DNA of 64,000 nt from Felis catus (lineage: Eukaryota), in NCBI RefSeq assembly GCF_018350175.1, contig NC_058374.1, positions 41,974,001 to 42,038,000 on the forward strand, read 5' to 3'. Both the position numbers and the translations under genes were made by a program. The notes beneath the pieces were generated by a model. That model was not told the origin of the DNA and did no database searches. It saw only the letters and a program-made list of their open reading frames with translations. Positions within the stretch are counted from its first letter, which is position 1, and the number at the start of each line of letters is the position of its first letter. Shown here in pieces: positions 41,701 to 57,600 of this stretch.

Positions 41701-44580
41701 AGGTATGGGGCAGGGCTTTGAGATTCCCGAAGTGCTTTTTCAGGGAGGGCCCCAGGGAGCTGCTGAAGTGACCCTTTTCCTGCCATGCCAATTACAGATG
41801 TGTCCATTGAGATGCCCGAGGAACTAGACATCTCCCANNNNNNNNNNNNNNNNNNNNNNNNNNNNNNNNNNNNNNNNNNNNNNNNNNNNNNNNNNNNNNN
41901 NNNNNNNNNNNNNNNNNNNNNNNNNNNNNNNNNNNNNNNNNNNNNNNNNNNNNNNNNNNNNNNNNNNNNNNNNNNNNNNNNNNNNNNNNNNNNNNNNNNN
42001 NNNNNNNNNNNNNNNNNNNNNNNNNNNNNNNNNGGGTCTTCTCTGCCTGCCTCCCCTTGACCCTGTCCTTCGTATTTTCTCCTGTCCTCCCTTTCCAATT
42101 TCCCCTGCCCTCTTTTGATGGATGTGAGGACCGAGTAGAGCGCTCCCAGCCACATTGTCTGTGTGGACGGCAGCAGCACTGGCTAACTGCCTCTCTACTT
42201 CGTTACCTCATTGCTTGGGGATGGGGCGAGGCATCATACTCCAGAAACAGGGCCCATTCTGTGAGAAACGGCAAGATCTCCATGGGAGATCTTTAGCCTC
42301 AGTTCTGTATCTTCAGTACTGCTGGACCCGCGTTATGTCATGCTGTCATTTAGGTTCTGGAGTAAGGTGCCACCCCATGGAAGAAAAATGCATGGAACGG
42401 GGGGTGGGGGGGGGGAGTGGTGGTTGGGAGAGGGCCGGGGGACTGCACTGTGGGAGGGAGGAGGAGCAGATCGTGGCCCAAGGAGTCGGGTCACCGTGGC
42501 CTTGCTTCTGCCCCCAACAGCACCCATGTTGGACGAGTCCGTCATTATCCAGCTGGTGGAGATGGGCTTCCCTATGGACGCCTGCCGCAAAGCCGTCTAC
42601 TACACAGGCAACAGTGGGGCTGAGGCCGCCATGAACTGGGTCATGTCACACATGGACGATCCAGGTAGGCGGGGGTGGGTAGCAGGGCGGAACAGGGCCA
42701 CCGTCCTCCCCCACACACTTCAACCCCTTCAACCCCCGCAGATTTCGCAAACCCCCTCATCCTGCCTGGCTCCAGCGGGCCTGGCTCCACCAGTGCGGCA
42801 GCTGACCCCCCGCCGGAAGACTGCGTGAGCACCATCGTCTCCATGGGCTTCTCCCGGGACCAGGCCCTGAAAGCTCTTCGGGCCACGGTATGGGCTGTCT
42901 CCCGGCTGAGGACTGGGGGGCCTGTGGGGAAGAAGGGGGTGCGGGTGAGGTTCCATCTTTTGTCAACAAGACCGAGGGCAACCGGTGTGGTACGGCCAGG
43001 GCTGAGGCACCACCCTTTGGTGGCCGTGGTGAAGGAGCTGAGCCGTTCACTGGTGCTTTTCTTACCCTGAACTTGTTGGAAAGAGCAATGCTTCCCTCCT
43101 CTCCAAGAACAATAGTTTAGAAAGGGCTGTGGACTGGATCTTCAGTCACATTGATGACCTGGATGCGGAAGCCGCCATGGACATCTCGGAGGGCCGCTCG
43201 GCTGCTGACTCCATCTCCGAGTCTGTACCAGTGGGACCTAAAGTCCGGGATGGCCCTGGAAGTGAGTGTCCTTGGGAAACAGGCCAGTGGTATCTAGCCA
43301 GTCAGCTACCAGATCCTCATTCCAAGGCAGCTCTGCCTCCGGTGGGGGCGGGGGGCCGGGGGGGGCGGGGGAGGGCAGAAGCTTCTTTCTGCTGACATGG
43401 CTTCTGAAGGGGGGATTCTGGGAGTCGGAGACAGACTTGTGACTCAGTACATGCCCCACCTTCCCTGAAACTTGCGTCCTGAGTTTGAGCTGTTGGATGT
43501 ACCTTTGGATGTCGCTCGAGGATTCCTCTCAGTGTCTTCTCTGCACCCCCCTTCTCTAGAGTATCAGCTCTTTGCCTTCATCAGCCACATGGGCACCTCT
43601 ACCATGTGTGGTCACTATGTCTGCCACATCAAGAAGGAAGGCAGGTGAGGGGCTGGCCGTGTACCTTCCAAACTGGGGAGCGGTGGTGAGAATGAGTGGG
43701 AGCATCCTTGGAGCCCTTAGAATATTTGCAGGAGAAGACAAAGGCCTGCTGGGTGGGGGGCACAGATACACCACATATTTTTAGAATGTTTGACAGCAGG
43801 GATCGGCAAACTACGGCCCAAGTGCTGCATCTGGCCACCTGCTTTTGTAAATAAAGGGTTTATTTTTATTTTTAAGTTTTATTTTTGAGAGAGAGAGAGA
43901 GTGCATGAGCAGGGGGGAGGGGCAGAGAGAGAGGGAGAGAGAGAATCCCAAGCAGGCTCTGTGCTGTCAGTGCAGAGCTGGACACGGGACTCCAACTCAT
44001 GAACTGTGAGATCATGACCCGAGCCGAAATCAAGAGTCAGACGCTTAACTGACTGAGCCACCCAGGAGCCCCAGAAATAAAGTTTTAATGAACGTAACCG
44101 CACTTAACTCACATACGTTTCATTTGTGGCTGTTTTCATGCTGCAACAGGAGAGTTGAGTCATTGTGTCGGAGACCGGATGGCCTCCAAAACCTGAACTA
44201 TTTACTGTGCAGTCCTTTACAGAAAAAGTTTGTGGATCTGACGGGGGCCTGGCAGGACTGGGTGGGGGTGGCTGTAGAGATACTGGAGGATTTGAAGGCT
44301 GGGAGTAGGGAATGAGAACGGGATGCCCCCTTCAGGCAGGTAGCAGCTAGACTGTAGGTTGTGGGGGCCCAGGCTGAGAATGTTGGGAACCTGTGCTCCA
44401 GAATCAGCAGGACCAAGACCAGGGGCTATGTCAGAGACTAAGCTAATGCAGAGTGGATGCCCTGTCTGTTCATCCTTCTNNNNNNNNNNNNNNNNNNNNN
44501 NNNNNNNNNNNNNNNNNNNNNNNNNNNNNNNNNNNNNNNNNNNNNNNNNNNNNNNNNNNNNNNNNNNNNNNNNNNNNNNN
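32067..44580 (+). CDS. USP5: Ubiquitin-specific peptidase 5 (isopeptidase T); start and stop lie in N-masked tracts, so the end coordinates are estimates
   Basis: Visible exons: 34942-35067, 35331-35397, 35592-35725, 35881-36026, 36267-36451, 36920-37014, 37678-37871, 38598-38669, 38942-39029, 39159-39284, 40267-40441, 41085-41173, 41798-(masked), 42521-42664, 42742-42887, 43108-43261, 43560-43644. Exons 1, 12 and 20 are masked. ZnF-UBP ([15 protein letters not shown]), Cys box [10 protein letters not shown], two UBA domains (MGF), His box GHYVCHI. Confidence 0.96.
43793..44240 (+). mobile_element. MER58-like hAT-Charlie element interrupted by a CAN-SINE (about 43860-44072, -)
   Basis: cagggatcggcaaactacggccc start and cctttacagaaaaagtttg end; SINE flanked by aaataaag. 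Confidence 0.7.
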
Positions 44581-45133
44581 NNNNNNNNNNNNNNNNNNNN
44601 NNNNNNNNNNNNNNNNNACTGAGGACAGGGGACAGACCATCTGGCATGCGGGACAGGGGCTGAGGAATGGACTTCAGCCCCACCCCTGCTCTGTTCCCTT
44701 TTTTCTTTTTGTCCTCAGCAGCAGGGAAGAAGCTAGAGGCCATAGGAGAATGGCCAGGCAAAGCGGGGGACACTCCAGAGACTTTGGGGATAGGGCAGGA
44801 AGGGGATGGGAGGGGCTGGCCACCTGTCAGTGAGGAGACTTTGTTGCTTTCCCCCGCCCCTTGAACCCACAGTGCTCTGCTTCTCTGTGTAATCCTGCCG
44901 GCCCCTGGTGTGGAGGGGGGCTTGTTTGTGTGTGCGCGTGGGTGTAGCTTTGTGCAGCCTCTTCCACAGGAGGGGGCGTCTGTGCCTCCCCTCCCCCTTT
45001 GTGTTTGCTCCCTGTGTGGTCAGGCAAGGAGGGCTGGGAGGGAAATGGGGATCCCCCTCGCCCTCCCGCCTGTCTTTCCCCCACCCTGTCTCTTCCCTGC
45101 CCTTCTCTGGAAAATGCCAAAATACACGATGTG

Positions 45134-45139
45134 AATAAA
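45134..45139 (+). terminator. USP5 poly(A) signal AATAAA
   Basis: AATAAA followed by a GT-rich downstream element. Confidence 0.8.
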
Positions 45140-45792
45140 AGTACAATGGCTAAGTTGTGTCCTGTTTGATACCTTAAGGGAGATTAGCAGGTGAGTGGGT
45201 CTGCCAGGTTCCCACCCCCACCCCCACCCCACGCACACTGTCCTGCCCCTTGCCGCCTCCGTTGGCAGTTCTCAACTTTTCACTAGTTCTAGAGCTCTTG
45301 GGAAATTGGGTGTGAGACGAGGTGAAGTGAGCACTGGGGCAAAAGAAGACAGCGGAGGGGTGGGGGCTGTCAGAGCAAAGATGGGGGGTGAAGAGCCCTG
45401 CTTTCCTTCCGGCAGTCTCCCTGGGAGGGGGCCCAAGTGGGTATTTCCCAAGTGTCCCAGCTCCGCTAGGCCCTGCGGTGTGTTGGGTTGGCCAGCTGGA
45501 GCAGGGAGTGGGACACCCGGAGGAGGAGGGGTGGGGGGGTTCTGAACTGCTTCCCTCTTAGCGGCCCAGTTTTTTAGCCAATGTGGGCGGTCCTTCCCCC
45601 TTTGACAGGGGAAGGGAGGGCTTTTTCTCAGAGTTGGAGAGGTGCCCCTCACAGCTCCCTCAGTCCAGCGAGCAATGTGAGCTCAGGCCACCTCTGGCCC
45701 TCTGGGAGACTGTAGTCGTGAAGCGGGGGCTCTAATGAGTGCAGGTTCTCGCCTTCTCCCAAAAGTCACGCAATGGATGCTGAAGCCACTGA

Positions 45793-49033
<3,241 letters not shown>

Positions 49034-49507
49034 GCCCATCCGTCTCCCCTCCTCTTCCCGCTAAGCCAGGGACTAGGTAGCTCAGAAGCCCAGTGACTGT
49101 GCTCCTATCCCCCCACACACATCCCCACCCCGCACATGCTTCTGATGGTGTCACCTGCCCCCCTCGTGGCCAAACTATACCTCTTCCTTACTGTTTACAC
49201 CTTACCCTGTAATGGTTGGGACCAGGCCAATCCCTTCTCCACTGACTATAGTGGTTGGAACTAAACAGGTCACCAAGGTGGCTCCTCCTTGGCTGAGAGG
49301 TGGAAGGGGTGGAATTTGCTCATGGGTCCCCGCTCGGTCCCCAGTGAGGGCAGGAGAGAGAAGCCATCCTCCTCTCCCATCTCCCGCCATGAGGCCAAGG
49401 GCTGAGAGAAAGTCCTGTTCTCCCCTCAGAGGCCAGGGGTGCTGTTCTCTCCCATGGTGCCAACGCCTGTGTGTGTTGTATATGTGAGCAGTCCCACGTG
49501 TGGGGGA

Positions 49508-49513
49508 AATAAA
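49508..49513 (+). terminator. TPI1 poly(A) signal AATAAA
   Basis: AATAAA followed by a GT-rich element (tgtggtgtgt). Confidence 0.85.
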
Positions 49514-49907
49514 CACCTGGCACTAAGCCTTGTGGTGTGTCCTTCTTCACCGTCCTTGCCCACATCCCCTCTTTTTCCTTTCTGAGGCAGCCGTAGGACA
49601 CTTGTGCACAAAACAAAAAAAAAAAACACAAACAGGTTTCTACGACAGCACATCTCTTACTGTTTTTACTTGAAAAAATGTCCTGCACACCAGGCCCAGG
49701 CCGCCATAGCCTCCCCTTCTGCCCCTCGGGAAGGCTCTAGGGCCGTAGGGCTCCCCAGAGCTAGGGTTGGGGGAGGGGCCCAGCCTCACCTCCCCCCACC
49801 CCACCTCCTGGCTTTAAGTAGCTGGTCTAGGCCAGCGGTGCCTCCTCCCCACTCCCCAGGGGAGGGATGGTTTTAAGGCCCCAGCACAATCTGTGGTATC
49901 TCAGGGG

Positions 49908-51597
49908 TCACTGGTAGAGCAGGTAGCGCTTCATGGCAGGGGGCAAGGGCAGAGCAGATACCTGGCCAAGCCGGGTATCCCCCAGGGCGTGGCGCACACA
50001 CAGGCGGCTCAGGTGCAGAAGGGAGTGTGGCTCCGCTGGGAGAGAGAAGGAGGGGAAGGTAAGTAGGGGTGCAGCCACTGGCCCGACCTCCTCAAACTAT
50101 GGGGTCCTGCCCAAGTTCTCTTCTGCTTTCCTGCCCTGAGTCTTGGTTGAGAGGGAGATCTAAGGCCCCCGGGGCTGGGAGGCTCTGCAGACTTCACACA
50201 TCCCGGGCAGCTGGGGGTGAAGCTCTAGCTAAGGCCCTCCAAGCAACAGGCCAGGCAAGTTCTGACAGTGGTGGAGCTGGTCTAGGTTTTGATTCCGTAA
50301 AAGCCTTGGAGCTGGGGCTGATGAGCCCTCCCTCCTCCACTCTACAACAGCTGGCCATGGGTGACCGGAGGAGCAGTACTCTGCAACTTGCAGAGAACAG
50401 TTCAACCAGCCCCAAGCTCTGGCCCCAACCCCTTCTAGAGGAGGCCCCTCCCCTGAAGTCCCCTCCCAGGGCCCTGCCTCTTTGGGTGTTCTCCTTCCAG
50501 GTGCCCAGGGCCCCAAAGGCCCCTTACTGGGGTTTGAGGAGGGAAGTAGCACAGACAGATCAGAACCCAGGGAATCTGGTACACACCCTGGGCGTCTGGC
50601 ACTGCCAGTTCTCTTCTACACCTCGCCCAGCACCCATTTAACCCTGTGCACCTCTTGCTCCGGAAGCTGATATCTGTGGTGAATCCCTAATCCCTGGAGC
50701 GCCTCCCTCTGTTCTGAGGACTCACCACTTACTAGCAAGTTGCTTTCCCAAGCCTCACTTTCACCTCTATTGCTGCTGGGACAATTAGGTAACATGCGTG
50801 AAGACCCTTAGCCATTCTCCACACTGGAGGCAGGTCAAGCTATTCCCTCTGCTCTTGTAAAGTGATGAGCTTCCATCCCAAACCACAGCCACCAGTAACA
50901 GAACACTCTCCCCACACCTGCCCCAGGCCTCACCTCTCCTTCCGNNNNNNNNNNNNNNNNNNNNNNNNNNNNNNNNNNNNNNNNNNNNNNNNNNNNNNNN
51001 NNNNNNNNNNNNNNNNNNNNNNNNNNNNNNNNNNNNNNNNNNNNNNNNNNNNNNNNNNNNNNNNNNNNNNNNNNNNNNNNNNNNNNNNNNNNNNNNNNNN
51101 NNNNNNNNCACCTCCAGCTGCTCACCCTGAGGTCTGGCTGGATACTGGGGGGCCCCGAACCCCTTGCTCTGATGGTACAGCTTCCCCCGCCCGATGTCCC
51201 AGCCCCACGACTCGCTGTTGCTGCCCAGCAGCGCCGCATAGTGGTCAACCTGCAGCGGGGCCAGGGCCGTGGCCACGCCCACCACGGCGTGGGTACCCCT
51301 CTGCTCCCGGGGCCAGCTGATCTCCCAGGCGTGCAGGCCCCTCGAGTAGCCCTTCTTACCCCGGGCCCCATCAGTGCTCTGGGCCACGGGCCGCCGCTCG
51401 AAGCATAACCCCCCTTCCTTGACCTCGATGTTCTCCGAGCAGTCCTTGGGGTTCCAGCCGTGGCGCTGTTGGGCTCCCAGATCAGGAGGGGGAGCAGACA
51501 GCAGCTCCTCCAAGCCCTCGGGACAGGAGAGGTCAGGGTACAAGGTCTGTGGGGTGGGGGTGCTGCTGCCGCCCCCTGCCAGGGCCGTCTGGCCCAT
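49908..51597 (-). CDS. SPSB2: SPRY domain-containing SOCS box protein 2, 263 aa
   Basis: Minus-strand exons 51597-50934 (50945-51108 masked) and 50035-49908 (792 nt). MGQTALAGG...RRPVAQSTDGARGK (SPRY) and SOCS box PHSLLHLSRLCVRH...LPLPPAMKRYLLYQ*. Confidence 0.96.
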
Positions 51598-51819
51598 GGA
51601 GGTGAGGAGCTTGGAGGACTCCCCGAATCTTGCTGGGGCGCCTCTCTTCTGAAAGTTGATCCTCCGGCTCGGGATTGACCTGGAGAGGACTTGGGAGAGA
51701 AGAGGGTGTAAAGGGCGGGATCCTGGCGGGGATCCCTCACCCAGGCGTCTCATCTTTTCATGCATGTTTGCCCACCACCGCTCCACTCCCTCTTCGCCCC
51801 CCACCCCCTTCCAAAGCTC

Positions 51820-52460
51820 TTAGGCCCATCACCCTGCCCTCGCCCATCTGTCCCGGTCTCCCGAGACTCTCGCGGGTTCACCCCCTTTGGATCTCTCCAG
51901 GGGTCGTCCCCTCTGCCCACCCCGTGCCCCGTCACCGCCCCCGCACCTCGCTTGGCTTTCCAGGCCGGGAGTCACAGGCCGTCAGGAGGAACCCCGCCGA
52001 AGATAGCCGAACGGCGCAGGGCGCAGACTGCCGGCCGCTTCCGCCTCCAGCACCTCCCTCGGCCTCGCCTCGCCCCGCCCCCAGGCCCCGCCCCCACGGG
52101 GCCCTCCGGGGCGGTTAACCCTCTCGTCGCCGCCCCAGGTCGCGCCCCGCCCCGTGGCCACCCCCCTGCGGGGCTCCTCGCGGGAGGTTTACACTCCACT
52201 CGGGTCGCTGCTGCGGAGGGCACGCCCCGCCCCGAGGACCCGCCCCCCCAGGACCCATCCCCGGATGGTTACCCTCTGGCGCCCGCCCCGAGGTCCCGCC
52301 CCGCGTGGAGACCCTCCTGGGTGGTTAACCCTCCTTGGCAGCCACGGAGTCTGCACCAGGCTGTCGAGGCTCAGAATGAACTCTGACGGGATCACCGCTT
52401 TGGGATCCCAGGAAGTGCGTTCGCCATCGTCAAGACCTTTGAGCCGCTTGAGCCGCTCAA
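51820..52460 (-). promoter_or_regulatory. SPSB2: SPSB2 CpG-island promoter / non-coding exon 1
   Basis: CpG-rich with many GC boxes (CCCCGCCC); candidate donor AG|GTGCGG near 51946 on the minus strand. Confidence 0.7.
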
Positions 52461-52699
52461 CTCCTGAGCCCCTAGAGATGAGGGGCATGGGGTCAAGGAG
52501 GGGCTTTCGTTGTGCTGGCATCTATTTCTATGTCCTTTTGATTCTGGGTCACTGTTTCTGGACCGGTCGCTTTCTGCCCCACTTGTAAGGGAGTCTGTTT
52601 TATGCCTGAGGCTTTGAACTATGTTTTCAGAGGTAGGTGTCCTAGGTCTAGTCTTCATCTTGGATGTCAATCCATTCCTGAGCTGTTGGTCTCAAATGG

Positions 52700-54420
52700 T
52701 GGAATATAGTGGTTAAGACTGGTTGTGAGTGAAGCTATGTCACTCATTAGCTCTATGACCTTGCGGAGGTTGCCAGACTTCTCTAAACCTGTTTTTTCTT
52801 ATGTAAAATGGGAATAATGATAGTAGTCACCTCATAGGGTCGTTGTGGAGTTGAAATAGTCCAGGTAAAGCACTTAGCACAGAGCCTCGTGCGTATTCAT
52901 GCAGTCACTAAGCATAATTATTATTGTTAACACTTACTGAGTGTCCACTCTATAGAAAGGCAATGTAATATAGTGATGACAGATGCCAAATGTGGAGCCA
53001 GGCTAACTGGGGGTGAATACCTGAAACCCAGTATGCACATGACCTTGGGCAAATTACTTAACCTGCCTGTTTCTTCTTCTGTAAGTTGGAGATACTGTTG
53101 GTATCTACTGCAAAGGGCATTGTGAGGATTCAGTGAGGTTATATATATGTAAACTCAGAGGAGCTTCTGGTTCAAATTTAATCATTTGTGCTAAGCACTG
53201 AAGATGCAGCAGTGAATCCCAAGGAGGTTACAGGGACATTTATAAAACAGTTTATCATGTAGTAGATGAAATTATGGAGATACAAAGAAAGTATTATGGG
53301 ACTCAAAAGGATGGAACTCCTAACCAAGGATCAAGCAGTTAGGCAAGTGTCCTGGAGGAAGTTAACACTGGGCTGAATCTTAAAGAATGACTAGGAATTG
53401 GCTTGAGAGGTGGTTCTGCAGGATGGGGGCTAGGTTTGGGGTGCTGCATGGAGAAGACATTCTCCAGACAGAGGGGTCAGCATGAAAAAAGCCAGAAGCA
53501 GTAGATGAGAAGCCTTTGGTGTCCCTGCAACTAGAAAGGAAGCAGGAGAGACAAGCCTAGAAAAGTCAGTGCCGGATGACAGTGACCTTGTAGATCAAGC
53601 TAAAGAATGCAAACGTTCTCTTGTTGGACAGGCCAGTAATGGGGAGACACATAGGAGGGAAGCAGGAGGGGAATATAGTCAGATACTCGTTTTAGAAAAG
53701 CCCTCCTGGGAGTGCCTGGCTCGCTCAGTCAGTAGACCATGAGACACTTAATCTTGGGCTCGGGTCAAGCTCCATATGGGGTGAAGAGATTATTAAAAAA
53801 AAAAAAATCATTAGAAAAACCACCCTGGCATAGCAAATGTAGAGGAGGCGTCAAGGGAAATACGATGAGAAGCAAAGAGACCAGTTACAGCAGCCCAGGT
53901 GACAAGTGGCAAGAGCCTGAAATAAGGCAGTAGAAATAAGGAAGAAAAGAATTCAAGAAACACTGATGAAACTGCAAGATTTGGTGGCTGATAAATGCTG
54001 AGGCGAGAGAAAGGGAGGTTTCTAGCCTGGAAGACTGTTGGAAAGTGGTACCGCTAATGCAGAAAGAAAAGCAATTGGAACGGGGCAGGGGGGTGGGGGG
54101 AAGATGAATGCACTTTAGGACATGTTTTTGAGGTGCACGACCTGAGCCACAACCAGATAGAACCATTCAGAACACATGTGAAAACTGCAGGTCTGAAGGG
54201 TAGTAAGAGGCCTGGGCTGGAGATATAAATTTGGGAGGTGATGCAGCCTTCAGCCAGAGGCTGAACTGTGGAGAATCAGTGAGGGGACCCAGAGACAGTG
54301 TGTAGAGAGAGAAGAGGGTTAAGGAGGACACAGTGAGCAGAAAATGCAAGCTTGATCACTCACAAGAATTTTTTGGTCATTAGCAACTTTGGTGAGAGAG
54401 CACATGTGGGAGGTGGGAGT
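52700..54420. mobile_element. Degraded MIR and L2-like fragments plus a short SINEC (about 53708-53810)
   Basis: MIR motifs (tgtaaaatgggaataatgatagta...taaagcacttagcacag; tgaccttgggcaaattacttaacct) and purine-rich L2-like sequence. Confidence 0.55.
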
Positions 54421-55286
54421 CTAGGTTGAAGAGGCTGACTTGGCATTTTCTGTAGGTCAGGTGCTGTTGTGCTACAAGCTTCACATTTTGGGGGGATAGA
54501 GAGTTGGGAGAGATAGGGTGACAATCATGTCTCGTCGTCAAAATTACCCTTGAAAATCCCTTACCTACCCCATCTATTAGATACAGCGTATGTTAGTTTT
54601 GTGTAAAACACAGTATGTGGCAGTATTCTACAATGATGTATGAATAAAATTGTATAATTTTAATTGAAGACAAAGAAGAAAACATATTAAAAGGAAAGAT
54701 GTGATCCTGAATACCTGTCATCCACCTAACCTAGATAATCTTGCCAGTGTGATGACAAAAATAATGACATCATGACCATGGATAATGGCCTATGATAAAT
54801 GTTAGTGCAGGAGCTGTGTGATAACTGCGTGGTTGAAGGCTTAGGGGACAAAGAGCAAGCCTCGGTCATGATGAGTCTAGTTCAGGTTCAGAAGTGCACC
54901 TGCTCAGCTGCTCGTTGTTTAATACATGGTATTCACCAGTTGTCACCCCAGAATCTTGAACTGCTCAAACATTTGGGGTGTGTGTGTGTGTGTGTGTTTT
55001 AACGAGAGAGCACAAGTGGGGGAGAGGGACAGAAGGAGAGAGAAAAATCTCAAGCAGGCTCCACACTCAGCACCAAGCCCGAGGTTGGGCTCAACCCACA
55101 GCCCTGGGATCATGACCTGAGCCAAAATCAAGACTGGGTCGCTCAACCAACTGAGCCACCCAGGCCCCCCTCAAATGTATTGATAATAGCTCAAATATTA
55201 CATAATGCTACATTTTATCTTTTTACTTTTTATTGAAATGTAGCATATGTAATCTTTAAAAATTTTTTTAACGTTTATTCATTTTT

Positions 55287-55809
55287 TTAAATATGAAATT
55301 TATTGTCAAATTGGTTTCCATACAACACCCAGTGCTCATCCCAAAAGGTGCCCTCCTTAATACCCATCACCCACCCTCCCCTCCCTCCCCCCCCCCCCCC
55401 CCATCAACCCTCAGTTTGTTCTCAGTTTTTAAGAGTCTCTTATTCTTTGGCTCTCTCCCTCTCTAACCTCTTTTTTTTTTTTCCTTCCCCTCCCCCATGG
55501 ACTTCTGTTAAGTTTCTCAGGATCCACATAAGAGTGAAAACATATGGTATCTGTCTTTCTCTGTATGACTTATTTCACTTAGCACAACACTCTCCAGTTC
55601 CAACCACGTTGCTACAAAAGGCCATATTTCATTCTTTCTCATCACCATATAGTATTCCATTGTGTATATAAACCACAATTTCTTTATCCATTCGTCAGTT
55701 GATGGACATTTAGGCTCTTTCCATAATTTGGCTATTGTTGAGAGTGCTGCTATAAACATTGGGGTACAAGTGCCCCTATGCATCAGCACTCCTGTATCCC
55801 TTGGGTAAA
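55287..55809 (-). mobile_element. Young 5'-truncated felid LINE-1 (ORF2 C-terminus plus 3' UTR)
   Basis: Uninterrupted ORF2 tail ...CTPMFIAALSTIAKLWKEPKCPSTDEWIKK...HMFSLLCGS*; 14-bp TSD GTTTATTCATTTTT (55273-55286 and 55810-55823). Confidence 0.93.
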
Positions 55810-55999
55810 GTTTATTCATTTTTGAGAGACAGAGAGAGATGAGTGCAAGCAGGGGTGGGGCAGAGAGAGAGGGAGACACAGAATCTGAAGCAGGTGCCAG
55901 GCTCTGAGCTGTCAGCACAGAGCCTGATGCAGGGGCTCGAACTCACGAACCATGAGATCATGACCTGAGCTTAACTGACTGAGCCATCCAGACGCCCCA

Positions 56000-56480
56000 G
56001 ATATGTAATCTTAAATTCAATGAATTTTTATGTATGCTGAATGACCGTCATCAAAAGGATCAAGAACATTTCTAGCATCCCAGAAGTCTCCTTCTTGCCT
56101 TTTCCTTGACACTGCACCTGTAAAGGTAACTCTTATTTGACCTCTATCCGTATAGATTTGTTTTGTCTGTTCAATTTCATATGATACCATATATTATATA
56201 TATGGTATAGTCTATTCTTTTGTGTCTGACTTATTTTTCTCAGCATGATGACTGTCATCTACCTTGTTGCATGAAATGGTAACTCATTATTTTCATTGTT
56301 ATACATTAATCCACCCTATGGACATACCACAATTTATTCTACCTTTGATGGCCATTTGTTTCCAGTTGTTAGCTATTATAAAGCTACTATGTACAGTATT
56401 GTATAAGTTTTTAGTGGACCTAGGCACTCACTTTTGTTGGGTGCATACTTACATGCAGAATTGCTGAGTTATAAGGAATA
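56000..56480 (-). mobile_element. Old L1M-type 3' fragment (its distal piece is at about 55225-55255)
   Basis: Degraded L1M 3'-end motifs (aagaacatttctagcatcccagaag; ataccacaatttatt; tttccagttgttagctattat; gaattgctgagt). Confidence 0.65.
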
Positions 56481-56707
56481 TAATGTTAACCACATGTGAT
56501 TTTCCAGTTTCCCTCCATAGAGATTTTATTCAGAAATTAAATCAGTCAGGTATTTCAGCATTTTTGCAGCAACTTCAATCTACTTACGATTTGATCTGGT
56601 CATCCCTTCCTGTTCATCGTATTTTTGTCTTCTGGGATGATTTTATCAGTTCCTCAAGCTTTTTCTTAGCGTTTCTCAGTGGCTCTCAAGAAGTTCTTCA
56701 CCAATGA

Positions 56708-57439
56708 CTGGGTGGCTCAGTTGGTTAAGCATCTGACTCCTGATTTCAGCTCAGATCATGATCTCTTGTCTCAGTTTGTGCGTGCAAGCCCCGTGTCTGG
56801 TTCTCGCGTGGAGCCTCCTTGGGGTTCTCTCCCTCTGTCTCTGCCCCTCCCCTGTGCTGTTTGTCTCTCTCTCAAAATAAACTTCAAAAAAAAATTTTAA
56901 TAAAAAAAATTCTTAAATTTCTTTTAAAAATTTTTTCTTAATGTTTATTCATTTTTTGAGAGAAAGAGAGACAGAGTGCAAGTGGGGGAGCAGCAGAGAG
57001 AGAGAGAGGGAGACACAGAATCCAAAGCAGAGTCCAGGCTCTGAGCTGTCAGCACAGAGCCTGATGCAGGGCTTGAACCCATGAACTGAGAGATCATGAC
57101 CTGAGCCAAAGTTGGCCACTCAACTGACTGAGCCACCCTGGCACCCCTTCAATTTCTTTCACAAAGCCAACATGACCCACTTGTTAGGCCATTTTAACAA
57201 TGTGTTTCACTTTTTTTTTTTTAAGTTCATTTATTTTGAGAGACAGAGAGAGCAAGCAGGGGAAAGGCAGAGAGGGAGGGGGAGAGAATCCCAAGCAGGC
57301 TCCACACTGTCAGCAGGGAGTCCAATGCAGGGCTAGAACCCATGACCATGAGATCATGACCTGAGCCGAAATCAAGAGTCATATGCTTAACCAGTTGAGC
57401 CACCCAGGTGCCCCTTTTAAAATTTTAAATGTTTATTTT

Positions 57440-57473
<34 letters not shown>

Positions 57474-57600
57474 ATGAATCCCAAGCAGGCTCCATGATCA
57501 GTTTACAGCTCGATGTGGGGCTTGGTCCACAACCGTGCAATCATGACCTGAATGGAAATCAAGAGTCAGACACTTAACCGACTGAGTCACCCAGGCACTC
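56708..57600. mobile_element. Four CAN-SINEs (56708-56910 +; 56925-57147 -; 57211-57414 -; 57425-57600 -) inside the Tigger fossil
   Basis: SINEC heads and tails; the last two share the outer TSD tgtgtttcactt (57201 and 57604). Confidence 0.85.

Noticed and set aside
51598-51804. Upstream in-frame extension of the SPSB2 ORF (339 aa in the track)
   Set aside because: Runs through the polypyrimidine tract and acceptor (about 51680-51700) into the intron
56525-56530. Minus-strand AATAAA after ...LEELIKSSQKTKIR*, suggesting a processed pseudogene 3' end
   Set aside because: Tigger-like motifs continue through and beyond it (LTDLISE, SMEGNWKIT, MFEQFK), so the hexamer is probably a chance product of decay
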